From Armatimonadota bacterium (GTDB lineage: Bacteria > Sysuimicrobiota > Sysuimicrobiia > Sysuimicrobiales > Humicultoraceae): DNA of 64,000 bases. The first letter of the stretch is position 1. Every line of letters starts with the position of its first letter. The position numbers and the translations under genes are program-made. The notes beneath the pieces are model-generated. The model had not been told where the DNA came from, made no database searches, and saw only the letters and a program-made list of their open reading frames with translations. This document shows, piece after piece, positions 43,048 to 52,470 of this stretch. The DNA lies in the NCBI GenBank assembly GCA_037443365.1, contig JBBIOM010000002.1, positions 57,268-121,267 on the forward strand, read 5' to 3'.

Positions 43048-44124
43048 CTACAGCATCGGCACCCGTTGCATCAGCCGCCCGGCGACGCGATCGAGGATGT
43101 CGTCCAGGTCGGGGCCCGTGATGGTCAGGCCGTGATTGCGCAGGCCGATCACGGCGCGGCCAGGATCAGGGCTCTGGCGCACGAGCTCGGCCACCGCCTG
43201 GGCAAGCTGATAGGTGCCGCACGGGTACTGCACCTGTGTCGAGGCGACGCCCTCCATCCACGCGTGGACATGGATGATGGCGCCGACCCCGGGGTGCTCC
43301 GTGTAGATCATCCAGTGCTCGATCGCGTCCACCGACACGCGGCGCGGCTCGATCCCGGGAGGAACGCTCAGCAGTATGACGTTGCGTTCCTGGTCGTATC
43401 CCTTGACCATGAGGATGTCGCGACCCACTACGCGCATCGCGGCCTTGTTCACCCCGCTGGCGCTCATCCAGTAGCGCCGGGCGTCCTTGCGCGCGCTGAG
43501 GTTACCGTACGACAACCCCCCCAGGCCAAACAGCCGCCTGACGTGCTCGAGATCGCGCGGTGGGAGCAGTTCCTCGATGGGAAACGCCGCCGGCAGCAGG
43601 TTGAGCGCGTCGAGATGCGCTCCGGCCTCACCCAGCGCCGCGGTGAGCTCATCTCCCCCCCAGAGCTCCTCCTCCAGGTCCGTGTGGAACTCGTTGGCAA
43701 TGACGAGTTGCGCCGATGCAAGTGGGTACATCCTGGTGAAGATGCTGTCGAAGAACTCCTCCTCGCCGGCCCCATCCACGGCGAAGTAGCCCTGCTCCAG
43801 CGTCACGACGTAGGCGCGCGCCTCGCTTCCCTCCGGCAGCAGGTATATAACCATGTTGCTGAGCGTGCGCACCAGCAACGGGTACAGCGCCGGCAGGATC
43901 TCGCCCTCCGGAAGCGGGCCCTCTATCACCGAGACAACGAACGTTGCCTGCGCCCTGCGACGGAAGGGGCGGGGAGCCTCCAGGCTCACAAGGTGCAGTA
44001 CGACCCTGGGCGCCTGATCCGCTGAGGTCTCGTCGAGTCCTCGCGCCAGGAGCACCCGCCGCATCCCATCGGCGAACCACTTCTGCCTGCTGGTCCGCGG
44101 GTGACCGAAAGTGGCGAAGTTCAT
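43048..44124 (-). CDS. Class II aldolase/adducin-domain protein with an uncharacterised ~180-aa N-terminal domain
   Basis: The C-terminal half carries GNLSARKD...SASGVNK, SVDAIEHWMIY, AIIHVHAW and LRNHGLTITG, typical of class II aldolase-fold proteins. I did not recognise the N-terminal half. Confidence 0.45.
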   Translation of the reverse strand: MNFATFGHPRTSRQKWFADGMRRVLLARGLDETSADQAPRVVLHLVSLEAPRPFRRRAQATFVVSVIEGPLPEGEILPALYPLLVRTLSNMVIYLLPEGSEARAYVVTLEQGYFAVDGAGEEEFFDSIFTRMYPLASAQLVIANEFHTDLEEELWGGDELTAALGEAGAHLDALNLLPAAFPIEELLPPRDLEHVRRLFGLGGLSYGNLSARKDARRYWMSASGVNKAAMRVVGRDILMVKGYDQERNVILLSVPPGIEPRRVSVDAIEHWMIYTEHPGVGAIIHVHAWMEGVASTQVQYPCGTYQLAQAVAELVRQSPDPGRAVIGLRNHGLTITGPDLDDILDRVAGRLMQRVPML

Positions 44125-44151
44125 AGGCCCCCACCCCCTGAGTTTCGTGCC

Positions 44152-44808
44152 CTAGGGTTCGATGAGTCCCTTCCTGATCGCGTATCGAACCAGTTCGGTG
44201 CGATCGTGAAGCCCCAGCTTCTCAAAGATGTGCGCGCGGTGCGTCTGCACGGTCTTGATGCTGATGTAGAGGCGGCTGGCGATGCCCTGATTGGTCAACC
44301 CCTCTGCGATCAGCGCCAGGACTTCGCGCTCGCGCGAGGTCAGCCCGTCGAATCGCCTGCGCTCGGTCTCCCCGCTGTCCAGGCGCCTCAGGTAGTCTTG
44401 AACCACGGTCCGGGCAACCGATGGGTAGAGAAACGCCTCGCCCCGGCTCGCGGCCCGAACCGCGTCCACCAGGTCGGTGGCCGCCGCACGCTTCAGCACG
44501 TACCCGGACGCCCCGGCGCGCAGCAGCTGGAAGACGTAGTGCTCGTCCTCGTGCATCGTGAGCGCCAGGACCCGGACGCCCGGCATTCGTTCCCGAATCC
44601 GCCGGGTGGCCTCAATGCCGGTCATGCCGGGCATGCTGATGTCCATCACGACGACATCGGGGCACACCGACGCGACCAGTGCGATCGCCTGGGGTCCGGT
44701 TCCGGCCTCCGCCACTACCTGGATGTCGGGATGCGCCGCCAGGATCATGCGCACACCCTCGCGGACGATTGTGTGATCGTCCACGACTACCACGCGGATC
44801 CGCTTCAT
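44152..44808 (-). CDS. NarL/LuxR-family response regulator
   Basis: RVVVVDDH, VVVMDISMPGMTG and the LuxR HTH LTSREREVLALIAEGLTNQGIASRLYISIKTV. The start is at internal Met27 and overlaps the kinase stop (ATGA). Confidence 0.85.
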   Translation of the reverse strand: MKRIRVVVVDDHTIVREGVRMILAAHPDIQVVAEAGTGPQAIALVASVCPDVVVMDISMPGMTGIEATRRIRERMPGVRVLALTMHEDEHYVFQLLRAGASGYVLKRAAATDLVDAVRAASRGEAFLYPSVARTVVQDYLRRLDSGETERRRFDGLTSREREVLALIAEGLTNQGIASRLYISIKTVQTHRAHIFEKLGLHDRTELVRYAIRKGLIEP

Positions 44809-46586
44809 TGATCCGCCCCCGCGTCGCGCAGCGGCAGCGCGGCCGTGATTATCGTGCCTGCCCCGGGCCTTGAGTGCGCCTCCCAATGGCCTCCCACCAG
44901 CTCAACCCGTTCGCGCATGCCAATGAGACCGAACCCGCCGTCGCTGCCGGCCGTGCGGATCCTCTGGACGTCGAAACCCTGCCCGTTGTCTTCAATGCGG
45001 ACGCGCAACTCCCTCCCGGCGAGCGCCAGGCTCACGGTCACGGCGGTGGCCCTGGAGTGGCGCTGCACATTTGCCAAGGCCTCCTGCACGAGCCGAAACA
45101 CCACGGTCTCCATGGAGGGCGGGAGGCGGCCCGCCAGGCCGCTGACCGTAAGACTCCAACTGATGCCGCGGGGATCGAGAAGCGACTTGGCGTACCAGCG
45201 TAGCGCCGCGACGAGACCCAAATCGTCAAGGATAGACGGGCGCAGGTCGTATATCAGACGGCGGATCTCGGCCAGCGTTCTCTCGGCAAGATCACGCAGC
45301 TGGACAATGTGTGCCCGCACGCGCTCGGGCGATTCCTCCTGCGCGGCGAGCTCGAGGTTCACGATCAGCGCCGTCAGGGCCTGGCCGGCCTCGTCGTGCA
45401 GTTCGCGGGCGATGCGCCTGCGCTCGTCCTCGTGCGCGGAGATCAGCTTGTCGAGCAGTTCCCCACGGGCCCGCTCCTTGGCGGCGACCTCGTCGAAGAG
45501 CGAGCCGCGCTCCACGGCCAGACCGATCTGGTGTCCCACCGTCGAGAGCATCTGGAGCTCGCGCTCGCTGAAGGTGCGCCGGCCGGGCAGGACAAGGTTC
45601 ATCAACCCCAGGGTGCGCGCGCCCACGCGCACCGGAACGGTAGCGTGCCGCGTGTGGGCAATCCCAGCCCTTGCCATTCGCTGGCATTCCACGGCGTTGG
45701 CGGCAGGCGGCAGCCGATCCTCGGCCAGCATGCGCAAGCAGTGACAGTCTCCGCTCTCACCCGGGCTGGCGTTGACGACCAGCTGCGCCGCTCGCCCAAA
45801 GGAGGCGGCAAGGGTAGCACCATCGCCCTGGCGCAGGAAGACCCATCCCGACTCGACGCCTAGCAGCCGGCCTACCAGCCGCAGCGCCTCCTGAACCGAC
45901 TCCCGAACGTTGGTCAGGCGGTTCAGGGCACCGGCGATGGCGTTCAGCAGCTCAAGCTCGCGCGTGTCGCTCCACGAACGCAGGACCGCCCCTGCCCCCA
46001 GCATGAGGGTGAAGAGCCCTGCCAGCACGGTGCCGAGGTCCCCGCCCCACTCCAGCGACCGCACGAACGGAGAGCCCACGGCCAGCAACCCGGTCAGGGC
46101 GAGTCCCCCAACGATCAGGTGGGTGCCCGGGTCACGCCTGCGCTTCTGCGCTCGATGGTATCGCGCCGCGGATGCGACGAACAGCGCTCCGGCGACGAGC
46201 GCCGGTGGCAGCGCGCTCCAGGGCGGGACGCTTCCTGAGGCTCCTGGCAGGAAGGACGCGGAAGCAGCCATCAGGGCCGCCGCCGCTCCCCATCGGAGAA
46301 GAGGTCGGTGGGCCTGAAACGACCCAAACAGCATCAGGGCGGCCGCCAGTCGCAGTGCGTGCATTGCGGCCGCCAGCGCCGGGGGAGCGGCCGCACCGAT
46401 GATCGCGTCGGCCACCGCGTGCGCGGTGAGGAGCGTGTATGCCGCCGCCCACCACAGGACCACGCGCCCGCGCGTGTCGGCGTAGCGCAGCAGCATGAGC
46501 AGGGCCACGGCCAGGTGCGCGCCCACGCCGAAGGCGCCGGCGGCAGGCACCACTTGCAGCAGGCTGGAGCTCGACACGCCCGACAC
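44805..46586 (-). CDS. Membrane sensor histidine kinase (TM region + GAF-like + HisKA_3 + HATPase)
   Basis: Hydrophobic N-terminal ~200 aa, H-box HEDERRRIARELHDEAGQ, and EDNGQGF / GFGLIGMRER. Confidence 0.8.
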   Translation of the reverse strand: MSGVSSSSLLQVVPAAGAFGVGAHLAVALLMLLRYADTRGRVVLWWAAAYTLLTAHAVADAIIGAAAPPALAAAMHALRLAAALMLFGSFQAHRPLLRWGAAAALMAASASFLPGASGSVPPWSALPPALVAGALFVASAARYHRAQKRRRDPGTHLIVGGLALTGLLAVGSPFVRSLEWGGDLGTVLAGLFTLMLGAGAVLRSWSDTRELELLNAIAGALNRLTNVRESVQEALRLVGRLLGVESGWVFLRQGDGATLAASFGRAAQLVVNASPGESGDCHCLRMLAEDRLPPAANAVECQRMARAGIAHTRHATVPVRVGARTLGLMNLVLPGRRTFSERELQMLSTVGHQIGLAVERGSLFDEVAAKERARGELLDKLISAHEDERRRIARELHDEAGQALTALIVNLELAAQEESPERVRAHIVQLRDLAERTLAEIRRLIYDLRPSILDDLGLVAALRWYAKSLLDPRGISWSLTVSGLAGRLPPSMETVVFRLVQEALANVQRHSRATAVTVSLALAGRELRVRIEDNGQGFDVQRIRTAGSDGGFGLIGMRERVELVGGHWEAHSRPGAGTIITAALPLRDAGADQ

Positions 46587-46598
46587 CCTCCCCGGCCC

Positions 46599-47594
46599 TC
46601 AGCGGGTCCTGTCCACCACGAACTGCGACAGGCGCAGCAGGCTGGTCCGGGCCGGACCGCCCGGCAGCACATCGAGGGCGGCGGCGGCCGCAACCGCGTG
46701 TTCCGCAGCGGCGTCCACCGCGTGCCGGAGCCCGCCGAGACGAGCAAGCAGGCCCCGCGTCGCGGCGTGCGCGTCGGCATCCCGTGGCCGCCGCAGCATG
46801 TCAAGCAGGAGCTCGCGGTCGGGGCCCGACGCGTTGCGCAGCGCCGCGATGACAGGCAGCGTGATCGTACCCGTGGCGATGTCGCTCCCTGTGGGCTTCC
46901 CGAGCGACTCGAGATCTCCGACGAGATCGAGGATGTCATCGGTGATCTGAAACGCCAGCCCCCACCTGTGCCCGAACTCGGCCATCGCCGCGGCCATGGC
47001 AGGCGGTGCGCCGGCCAGCAGCGCGCCGCACCGGCACGCGGCGGAGAACAGGGCCGCGGTCTTGCCCCCGATGATCGAGTAGTAGCGCGCCTCGTCTTCG
47101 TGCATCTGGGAGCCGGTCTCGGCCGCCATGATCTCCGCCCGGCTCATCAAGACCGAGGCCTCGGCAATCGCCGGCGCAACCTGCGGGTGGCCGATGCGGC
47201 TGATCATACCGAAGGCCGTGGCGAACAGGTAGTCGCCAGCCAGGACCGCGATCTGGTTGCCCCAGCGGGCGTTCACGGTCCTGGTGCCCCGTCGCAGGTC
47301 GGCCGCGTCAATGATGTCGTCGTGGATGAGCGAGGCCACGTGCACCAACTCCACGGCGCCGGCCAGCAGGATCCGCTGCTCGCCGGCGCCCCCGCAGGCG
47401 TGCGCGCAAAGCAGCGCCAGCGCCGGGCGGATGAGCTTTCCCTTCGCTGACAGCACGTGATCCACCAGCCCAGAGATGAACGGGTCGCCGGACGCGAGCT
47501 CGCGGCGCAGGGTGTGAGCGAGCGCGTCCAGGTCCGCGGCCACCGGCGCGTAGATGCTATCCAGATCGTTTCCTGCGCGCGACGTCCCGGACAT
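46599..47594 (-). CDS. Long-chain polyprenyl diphosphate synthase
   Basis: DDxxD motifs LIHDDIIDAADLRRG and FQITDDILD. The start is at internal Met30 and overlaps the upstream stop (TGATG). Confidence 0.85.
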   Translation of the reverse strand: MSGTSRAGNDLDSIYAPVAADLDALAHTLRRELASGDPFISGLVDHVLSAKGKLIRPALALLCAHACGGAGEQRILLAGAVELVHVASLIHDDIIDAADLRRGTRTVNARWGNQIAVLAGDYLFATAFGMISRIGHPQVAPAIAEASVLMSRAEIMAAETGSQMHEDEARYYSIIGGKTAALFSAACRCGALLAGAPPAMAAAMAEFGHRWGLAFQITDDILDLVGDLESLGKPTGSDIATGTITLPVIAALRNASGPDRELLLDMLRRPRDADAHAATRGLLARLGGLRHAVDAAAEHAVAAAAALDVLPGGPARTSLLRLSQFVVDRTR

Positions 47595-48496
47595 CAGCGG
47601 CCTCCCTGGCGCAGCACGGCCCAGGCCAGCCCCAGGGTCAGCAGGCCGGCGAGCGTCGCGGCCGCCGCCGGCGCCGGCCATTGCCGCAGCACCGGCACGC
47701 CCTCTACCGTCAGGAGAAGATCGCCTGCGGGTACGGCGCGCGCGGCCGCGCGCGTGTAGGTTCGCCCCCCGGTGGTCAGCGGCGGGACCTGCGCCAGCAG
47801 CGGGGAACGCGCCTCGGCGGGGGCGGTGACAAACAGCTCCAGGCGTTCAGCCGAAAGCGGCAGCCTGCGCCCCAGGTCCACTTCGCCTGAGCCAGCCACG
47901 CTGTAGCCGTACGCGACCTGGTGAGTGCCAGGCCGCACCGTGAGCCTGTCCACGATCGCACCGCCCTCCAGCCCGGGCGCGTGCAGCCCGTCAAAGAAGG
48001 AAACGTACCTGGCTCCTGCGGGCAGGGGCAGGATCACGCGGCCCAAGAAGGTCGCTCCTCCCGTGTTCCTGATGTGGGCGGCTTCGGAGACGCGCACGTA
48101 TCCGGACCTGACCTCGACCGCGATGCCCAGAAGCGAGAGGCGAAGCGGCACCCGGTCCGAAGCATCGTACACCTGAATGACGGTCTCCTGCGGCATCCCG
48201 CTCCCCACAAGGGCGTGCGCCGCGTAGGTCACCCCGTCACGCACGCACTGCACGAGATATCGCCCCTCCGGCAGGCCGCGAAACTCAAACCTCCCGCGCG
48301 CGTCGCTGCGCGTCCGACCCGCCTGCACGGCGCCGTCCGGGCCGACCAGGAGGAGCGTCACCTCGGTCCCCGGGACAGGCTTCCCGGTGGTGGCGTGCCG
48401 CACCAGCCCGGAGGCAACCCCGCCCGCGGGCGCGGCAGCGACTAAGCCCTCCGGGACACCAGCGAGCAGCAGTGCGGCCAGCAGGAGTGCCCTCAC
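47594..48496 (-). CDS. Exported/anchored protein with a carboxypeptidase-regulatory-like (beta-sandwich) domain
   Basis: Signal-peptide-like MRALLLAALLLAGV, then GKPVPGTEVTLLL..DARGRFEFRGLPEGRYLV, and a C-terminal hydrophobic anchor. Function unknown. Confidence 0.5.
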   Translation of the reverse strand: MRALLLAALLLAGVPEGLVAAAPAGGVASGLVRHATTGKPVPGTEVTLLLVGPDGAVQAGRTRSDARGRFEFRGLPEGRYLVQCVRDGVTYAAHALVGSGMPQETVIQVYDASDRVPLRLSLLGIAVEVRSGYVRVSEAAHIRNTGGATFLGRVILPLPAGARYVSFFDGLHAPGLEGGAIVDRLTVRPGTHQVAYGYSVAGSGEVDLGRRLPLSAERLELFVTAPAEARSPLLAQVPPLTTGGRTYTRAAARAVPAGDLLLTVEGVPVLRQWPAPAAAATLAGLLTLGLAWAVLRQGGR

Positions 48497-48651
48497 TGGC
48501 CTGCCCCTGACCCGGGCATCTGGCGGGGGATATGCGCGGCCTCGAGCGCATCGCGCGGGTCAGCCTCTGCAATCCGCGTCGCCCGGAACACCGGCGCAAG
48601 CAGGTATGCTGCCAGAAGGACCGCCGTGACGAAGAAACCCGCCTCGATCAT
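48493..48651 (-). CDS. Small (52 aa) single-TM protein coupled to ccmF
   Basis: MIEAGFFVTAVLLAAYLLAPVF... Its ATG overlaps the ccmF stop (ATGA) and its own stop overlaps the next ATG (ATGA). The rest of ORF 48493..49779 is out of frame over ccmF and was rejected. Confidence 0.35.
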   Translation of the reverse strand: MIEAGFFVTAVLLAAYLLAPVFRATRIAEADPRDALEAAHIPRQMPGSGAGQ

Positions 48652-50591
48652 TGCGCCCTCAACCGTCGTTCGGGCAGGACCGCGAGCGCCGCCCCGAGCG
48701 CTGCCACGGCGCCCCCGGCCCAGAGCCACGATACCATGGGATGCACGAGTACGCGGATCGTCCCCGCACCATCCGGCGTCCACTCTGACAGGATCATGTA
48801 GAGATCTTCGCGCGGCGTCGAGCGTACGGCGACATGGTGCACCGGCTGCTCCTGCGCGCGATAGTAGTACCGCCCCGGCGTGTACGCCCCCAGGTACTTG
48901 TCGCCGGCCCAGACGCGCAGCGTTGCCTCGGTGACTTCTGTGCCCGGGAGATCCCTGTGGCTGAGGCCTCCGTACTCGATGGTGTAGCGCCCGATGCTCA
49001 TGCGCTCCCCCGGGCGCAGCGTGTCGCCGGCCTGGGTGTCGAAGACGCTGCTTGCCGCGGTCCCTGCGAGCAGCAGGAGGATACCGAGGTGCGCCACGTG
49101 GCCCCCGTAGCGGCGCCGGTCCTGTGCGAACAGCCTCGCCAGGGCTACGGGCGCGGCCTCCCCCTGTCGCACGCGAACCCACGTGCCCAGGACGGCCTCC
49201 TGCACGATCGTGCCCAGCACGAACAGGGCGGTGGCAAGCACGAGGAGAGCGCCCGCGTGACGCACGCCGAGCAGGCCCAGCACCAGTGCGCAGAGCACCG
49301 CCGCGGCCGCCGGGAGCGCGAGGTTCCTGGCAAGCCGGCCGGGCGACGCCTGGCGCCACGGCAGCAGCGGACCGATCCCCATCAGCAGCAGCACGCCTAC
49401 GCCGATGGGCACCATCACCGTGTTGAAGTAGGGTGGCCCGACGTTGATCTTGACGCCGCCCAGGGCCTCTGTCAGGATCGGGAACAGCGTGCCCAGCAGC
49501 ACAACGAAGGCCGCGGCCACAAACAGCAGGTTGTTGGCAAGAAAGGCCGTCTCCCGGCACAGAACCGACTCGACGGTTCCCCGGCCGCGCAGGCTCTCCC
49601 ACCGCCAGGTGAGCAGGCCGAAGGAGGCGAGCAGCAGGATCGCCAGGAAGCCCAGGAAGAGATAGCCTACGAGGGGCGCCTCGGCAAATGCGTGGACCGA
49701 GGACAGCACCCCGCTTCGCACAAGGAAGGTGCCGAGAACCGTCAGCCCGAAGGTGAGCAAGACCAGGGCCATGTTCCACGCCGCCAGCATTCCACGCCTC
49801 TGCTGGACCTGGACAGAGTGGATGAACGCCGTGGCCGTCAACCAGGGCATGAGCGCCGCGTTCTCAACCGGGTCCCACGCCCAGTAGCCACCCCATCCCA
49901 GCACCACGTACGACCACTTCGCCCCCAGCAGCAGGCCCAGCGTAAGGAAGATCCACGGCACGATGACCCAACGCCGCGAGAGCGCCACCCAGGTCTCGTC
50001 CAGGCGGCCCGTGATGAGCGATGCCACCGCAAGCGCGAACGGCACGCTCATGCCGACGAACCCCAGGTAGAGCATCGGAGGGTGAACCAACATCCACGGG
50101 TTGCGCAGTAGGGGGTTCAACCCCTGCCCATCAGGGGGCGGCGGAACCAGCGGCGAAAACGGATTGCTCGCGCCCGCCAGCAGGATTGAGAAGAAGACGG
50201 CCACGAACAGCAGCGTGGCGGTCGCAGGGCCCTGAAGGTCGGGGTGCGAGCGCAGGCCCCAGACCGCCGCGACCATGTAGCCCGCCAGGATGAGGGCCCA
50301 CAGCAGCAGCGCGCCGTCGTGCCCGCCCCAGAAGGCCGCAATCGTCTGCCCAAGGGGCTGTGCTGAGTCGCTCACCAGCGCGACGAAGCGCACAGAGAAG
50401 TCCCGGGTGAGGAACGCGGTCAACAGCGCGGCCGAAGCCAGCGCCACCAGGAGCGCCCAGACCGCCACGGCCCGACGCCCGCTGGCGAGACACCCGCCGT
50501 GGCGTAGCGCGATGCCCAGCGTCGTCGCCGCGAGGCCGTAGAGGGCGACAACAAGACCGGCCAGCAGGGCGAACCTGCCGATCTCACCCAC
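48648..50591 (-). CDS. ccmF: Cytochrome c-type biogenesis protein CcmF (heme lyase component)
   Basis: WWD motif WGGYWAWDPVENAALMPWL; polytopic, 647 aa. Confidence 0.9.
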   Translation of the reverse strand: MGEIGRFALLAGLVVALYGLAATTLGIALRHGGCLASGRRAVAVWALLVALASAALLTAFLTRDFSVRFVALVSDSAQPLGQTIAAFWGGHDGALLLWALILAGYMVAAVWGLRSHPDLQGPATATLLFVAVFFSILLAGASNPFSPLVPPPPDGQGLNPLLRNPWMLVHPPMLYLGFVGMSVPFALAVASLITGRLDETWVALSRRWVIVPWIFLTLGLLLGAKWSYVVLGWGGYWAWDPVENAALMPWLTATAFIHSVQVQQRRGMLAAWNMALVLLTFGLTVLGTFLVRSGVLSSVHAFAEAPLVGYLFLGFLAILLLASFGLLTWRWESLRGRGTVESVLCRETAFLANNLLFVAAAFVVLLGTLFPILTEALGGVKINVGPPYFNTVMVPIGVGVLLLMGIGPLLPWRQASPGRLARNLALPAAAAVLCALVLGLLGVRHAGALLVLATALFVLGTIVQEAVLGTWVRVRQGEAAPVALARLFAQDRRRYGGHVAHLGILLLLAGTAASSVFDTQAGDTLRPGERMSIGRYTIEYGGLSHRDLPGTEVTEATLRVWAGDKYLGAYTPGRYYYRAQEQPVHHVAVRSTPREDLYMILSEWTPDGAGTIRVLVHPMVSWLWAGGAVAALGAALAVLPERRLRAQ

Positions 50592-50611
50592 GGGGCTCCC
50601 CGATCATGCGC

Positions 50612-51004
50612 TCACCGCCGCGGGCGCTTCTCCTTGTACTCGACCGGGTGCGTAGAGATGACTTGCGAGGCCTGCAGGACCCCGTCGCTGGCCAGCCGTC
50701 CCTCCACGAGCACGTCCTTGCCCTCAGCGAACAGGTCGGGCAGCGGCCCGCGATAGCGCACCTCCAGGCGCGCGGCCTCGTCGGCGATCACGAACCGGGA
50801 TTCGCCGCCGAACCTGACCACGGATCCCTCCGCCACCCTCCCGGCTATCCTGACCCGGGCCGCGCGCAGTTCCGTCCGGGCCGCGAACTCGGAGGTGGTC
50901 AGGTAGTACACCAGGGAGGACCGGGCGCCCTGGTAGGCCGCGAACGCCAACCCCAGCACGATGATCGCTCCGCCGGCGAGCAGTTTGCGGCGCGCCGGGA
51001 TCAC
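50612..51004 (-). CDS. ccmE: Heme chaperone CcmE
   Basis: N-terminal TM segment and OB-fold pattern (RIAGRVAEGSV), with a C-terminal HxxxY heme-binding motif (THPVEY). Confidence 0.8.
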   Translation of the reverse strand: MIPARRKLLAGGAIIVLGLAFAAYQGARSSLVYYLTTSEFAARTELRAARVRIAGRVAEGSVVRFGGESRFVIADEAARLEVRYRGPLPDLFAEGKDVLVEGRLASDGVLQASQVISTHPVEYKEKRPRR

Positions 51005-51132
51005 CGGCGAGCCCCCCGCGCGCCGGTCGCGTCCCGAAGGTCGGCGATCAGGCGCTGCCGCGCCACGAGCGTGGCGGCGTACCCCGCCAGCAGCAGGACC
51101 ATGACGATGTAGGCCGCGGCCACGTATCCCAC
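51001..51132 (-). CDS. ccmD: CcmD-like small membrane protein
   Basis: 43 codons from GTG 51132 (VGYVAAAYIVMVLLLAGYAATLVARQRL), downstream of a GAGGAGG site and between ccmC and ccmE. The stop overlaps the ccmE ATG. Confidence 0.4.
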   Translation of the reverse strand: MGYVAAAYIVMVLLLAGYAATLVARQRLIADLRDATGARGARR

Positions 51133-51134
51133 CC

Positions 51135-51794
51135 CTACGCGTCCTCCTCCAGGGCCTCCGACAGCGCGTCCAGGGTCCGTTCCTGCCCGATGCGCAGAAG
51201 GAGCAGCGCGGAGAAGAAGACCAGGAACGCGGCCAGATTGACCAGGAGCGGGATCAGCATGCCAGCAGGCAGCGCAGGCCCCTCGACGCGGAAGACCGTC
51301 GGCTGCGGGTGAAGCGTGCGCAGGATACGGGCCGACCAGTGAATGACAGGGATGTCCAGCACTCCCACGATTCCAATGACCGCGGCCGCGCTCGCGCCGC
51401 GGACCCCAGGCGCCCAGGCGCGCACCATCAGGTACCCTACGTAGATGAACCAAAGAACCAGCGTGGTGGTCAGGCGCGCGTCCCAGGTCCACCAGGCGCC
51501 CCAGACCGCCCTCCCCCAGATAGCGCCCGAGAGCAGGGTAATGGAGACGAACAGCACACCCAGCTCGGCCGCCGAGCGCGCCAGGCGGTCCCAACGAGGG
51601 TCGCGACGAGACAGGTACAGCACGCTCCCGACAAACACAACGAGCAGCGCCACGTAGGCGGTGATCACGCTGGGCACGTGCACGTACATGATCCGCTGCG
51701 GGGCGCCCTGAAACAGTTCGATGGGCGCCACCAGCAACGCCCAGGCGACGCCCACGAGCAACAGCGCGCCTCCGAGGAACAGCAGCACCCTCAC
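51135..51794 (-). CDS. ccmC: Heme exporter protein CcmC
   Basis: WWD motif WGAWWTWDARL. The start is proposed at in-frame GTG (Val40 of ORF 51135..51911), after the ccmB stop. Confidence 0.8.
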   Translation of the reverse strand: MRVLLFLGGALLLVGVAWALLVAPIELFQGAPQRIMYVHVPSVITAYVALLVVFVGSVLYLSRRDPRWDRLARSAAELGVLFVSITLLSGAIWGRAVWGAWWTWDARLTTTLVLWFIYVGYLMVRAWAPGVRGASAAAVIGIVGVLDIPVIHWSARILRTLHPQPTVFRVEGPALPAGMLIPLLVNLAAFLVFFSALLLLRIGQERTLDALSEALEEDA

Positions 51795-51822
51795 CCGTAT
51801 GCTCCCCCCGGCGACCGGCCGA

Positions 51823-52470
51823 TCATTCCTCAACGACGTACTCGAACAGCAAGAAACTCGCCGTGACGAAGATGATATCAAAAGCCAGTAGCAGCCGCAA
51901 TTCCGAGCCAACTGCTCGAAGCGGCAGGCCTTCGAGGATTCCGGCCGTCGCGCCCACGGCCGCGATCACAAGGGGGAGCACGACCGGGAGCATGAGGATC
52001 GGCAGGAGCGCTTCCCTCAGGCGAGCCTGCACGACGAGCGCCCCGAGCAGGGTTCCCACGGCGGCTAGACCGATCCCGCCCAGCAACAGGGGCAGGGCAA
52101 GCGCGGGAAGATGCCTCCAGATAGCCTCGGTAAACAGCGCGCCGAGCAGCGGCAGGGACAACACCTGAACGACCACCAGCCCGAGCCAGTTGGCCAGCGC
52201 CTTGGTCAGGAAGATCAGCCCGCGGTCCAGCGGGGCAAGCAAGAGCCCGGCCAGGTGGTCGCGCTCTATGACGAAGGTGCGAGCAAACCCCAACGTTGCG
52301 CCGAAGGCGTAGGTCACCCACATCGCCGAGGGCGCGGCATCCGCGCCCGACCGCGTGGCGCCGAGCACGATGGCCAGCAGCAGCGCAAGCAGGCCCATGA
52401 CCGAGACGATCTCTCGGCCGCGCCACTCCAGGAGCAGGTCCTTGCCTACCAGCAGGCGCACGGCCTTCAA
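51823..52470 (-). CDS. ccmB: Heme exporter permease CcmB
   Basis: Polytopic, ~215 aa, between ccmA and ccmC. The start is proposed at TTG 52470, overlapping the ccmA stop (TTGA); GTG 52461 is an alternative. Confidence 0.75.
   Translation of the reverse strand: MKAVRLLVGKDLLLEWRGREIVSVMGLLALLLAIVLGATRSGADAAPSAMWVTYAFGATLGFARTFVIERDHLAGLLLAPLDRGLIFLTKALANWLGLVVVQVLSLPLLGALFTEAIWRHLPALALPLLLGGIGLAAVGTLLGALVVQARLREALLPILMLPVVLPLVIAAVGATAGILEGLPLRAVGSELRLLLAFDIIFVTASFLLFEYVVEE

Noticed and set aside
48652-49779. The upstream ~375 codons of minus-strand ORF 48493..49779.
   Set aside because: This part is out of frame over ccmF and extremely Arg/Pro/Gly-rich. Only the final 52 codons, beginning at an ATG that overlaps the ccmF stop, look like a real small membrane protein.
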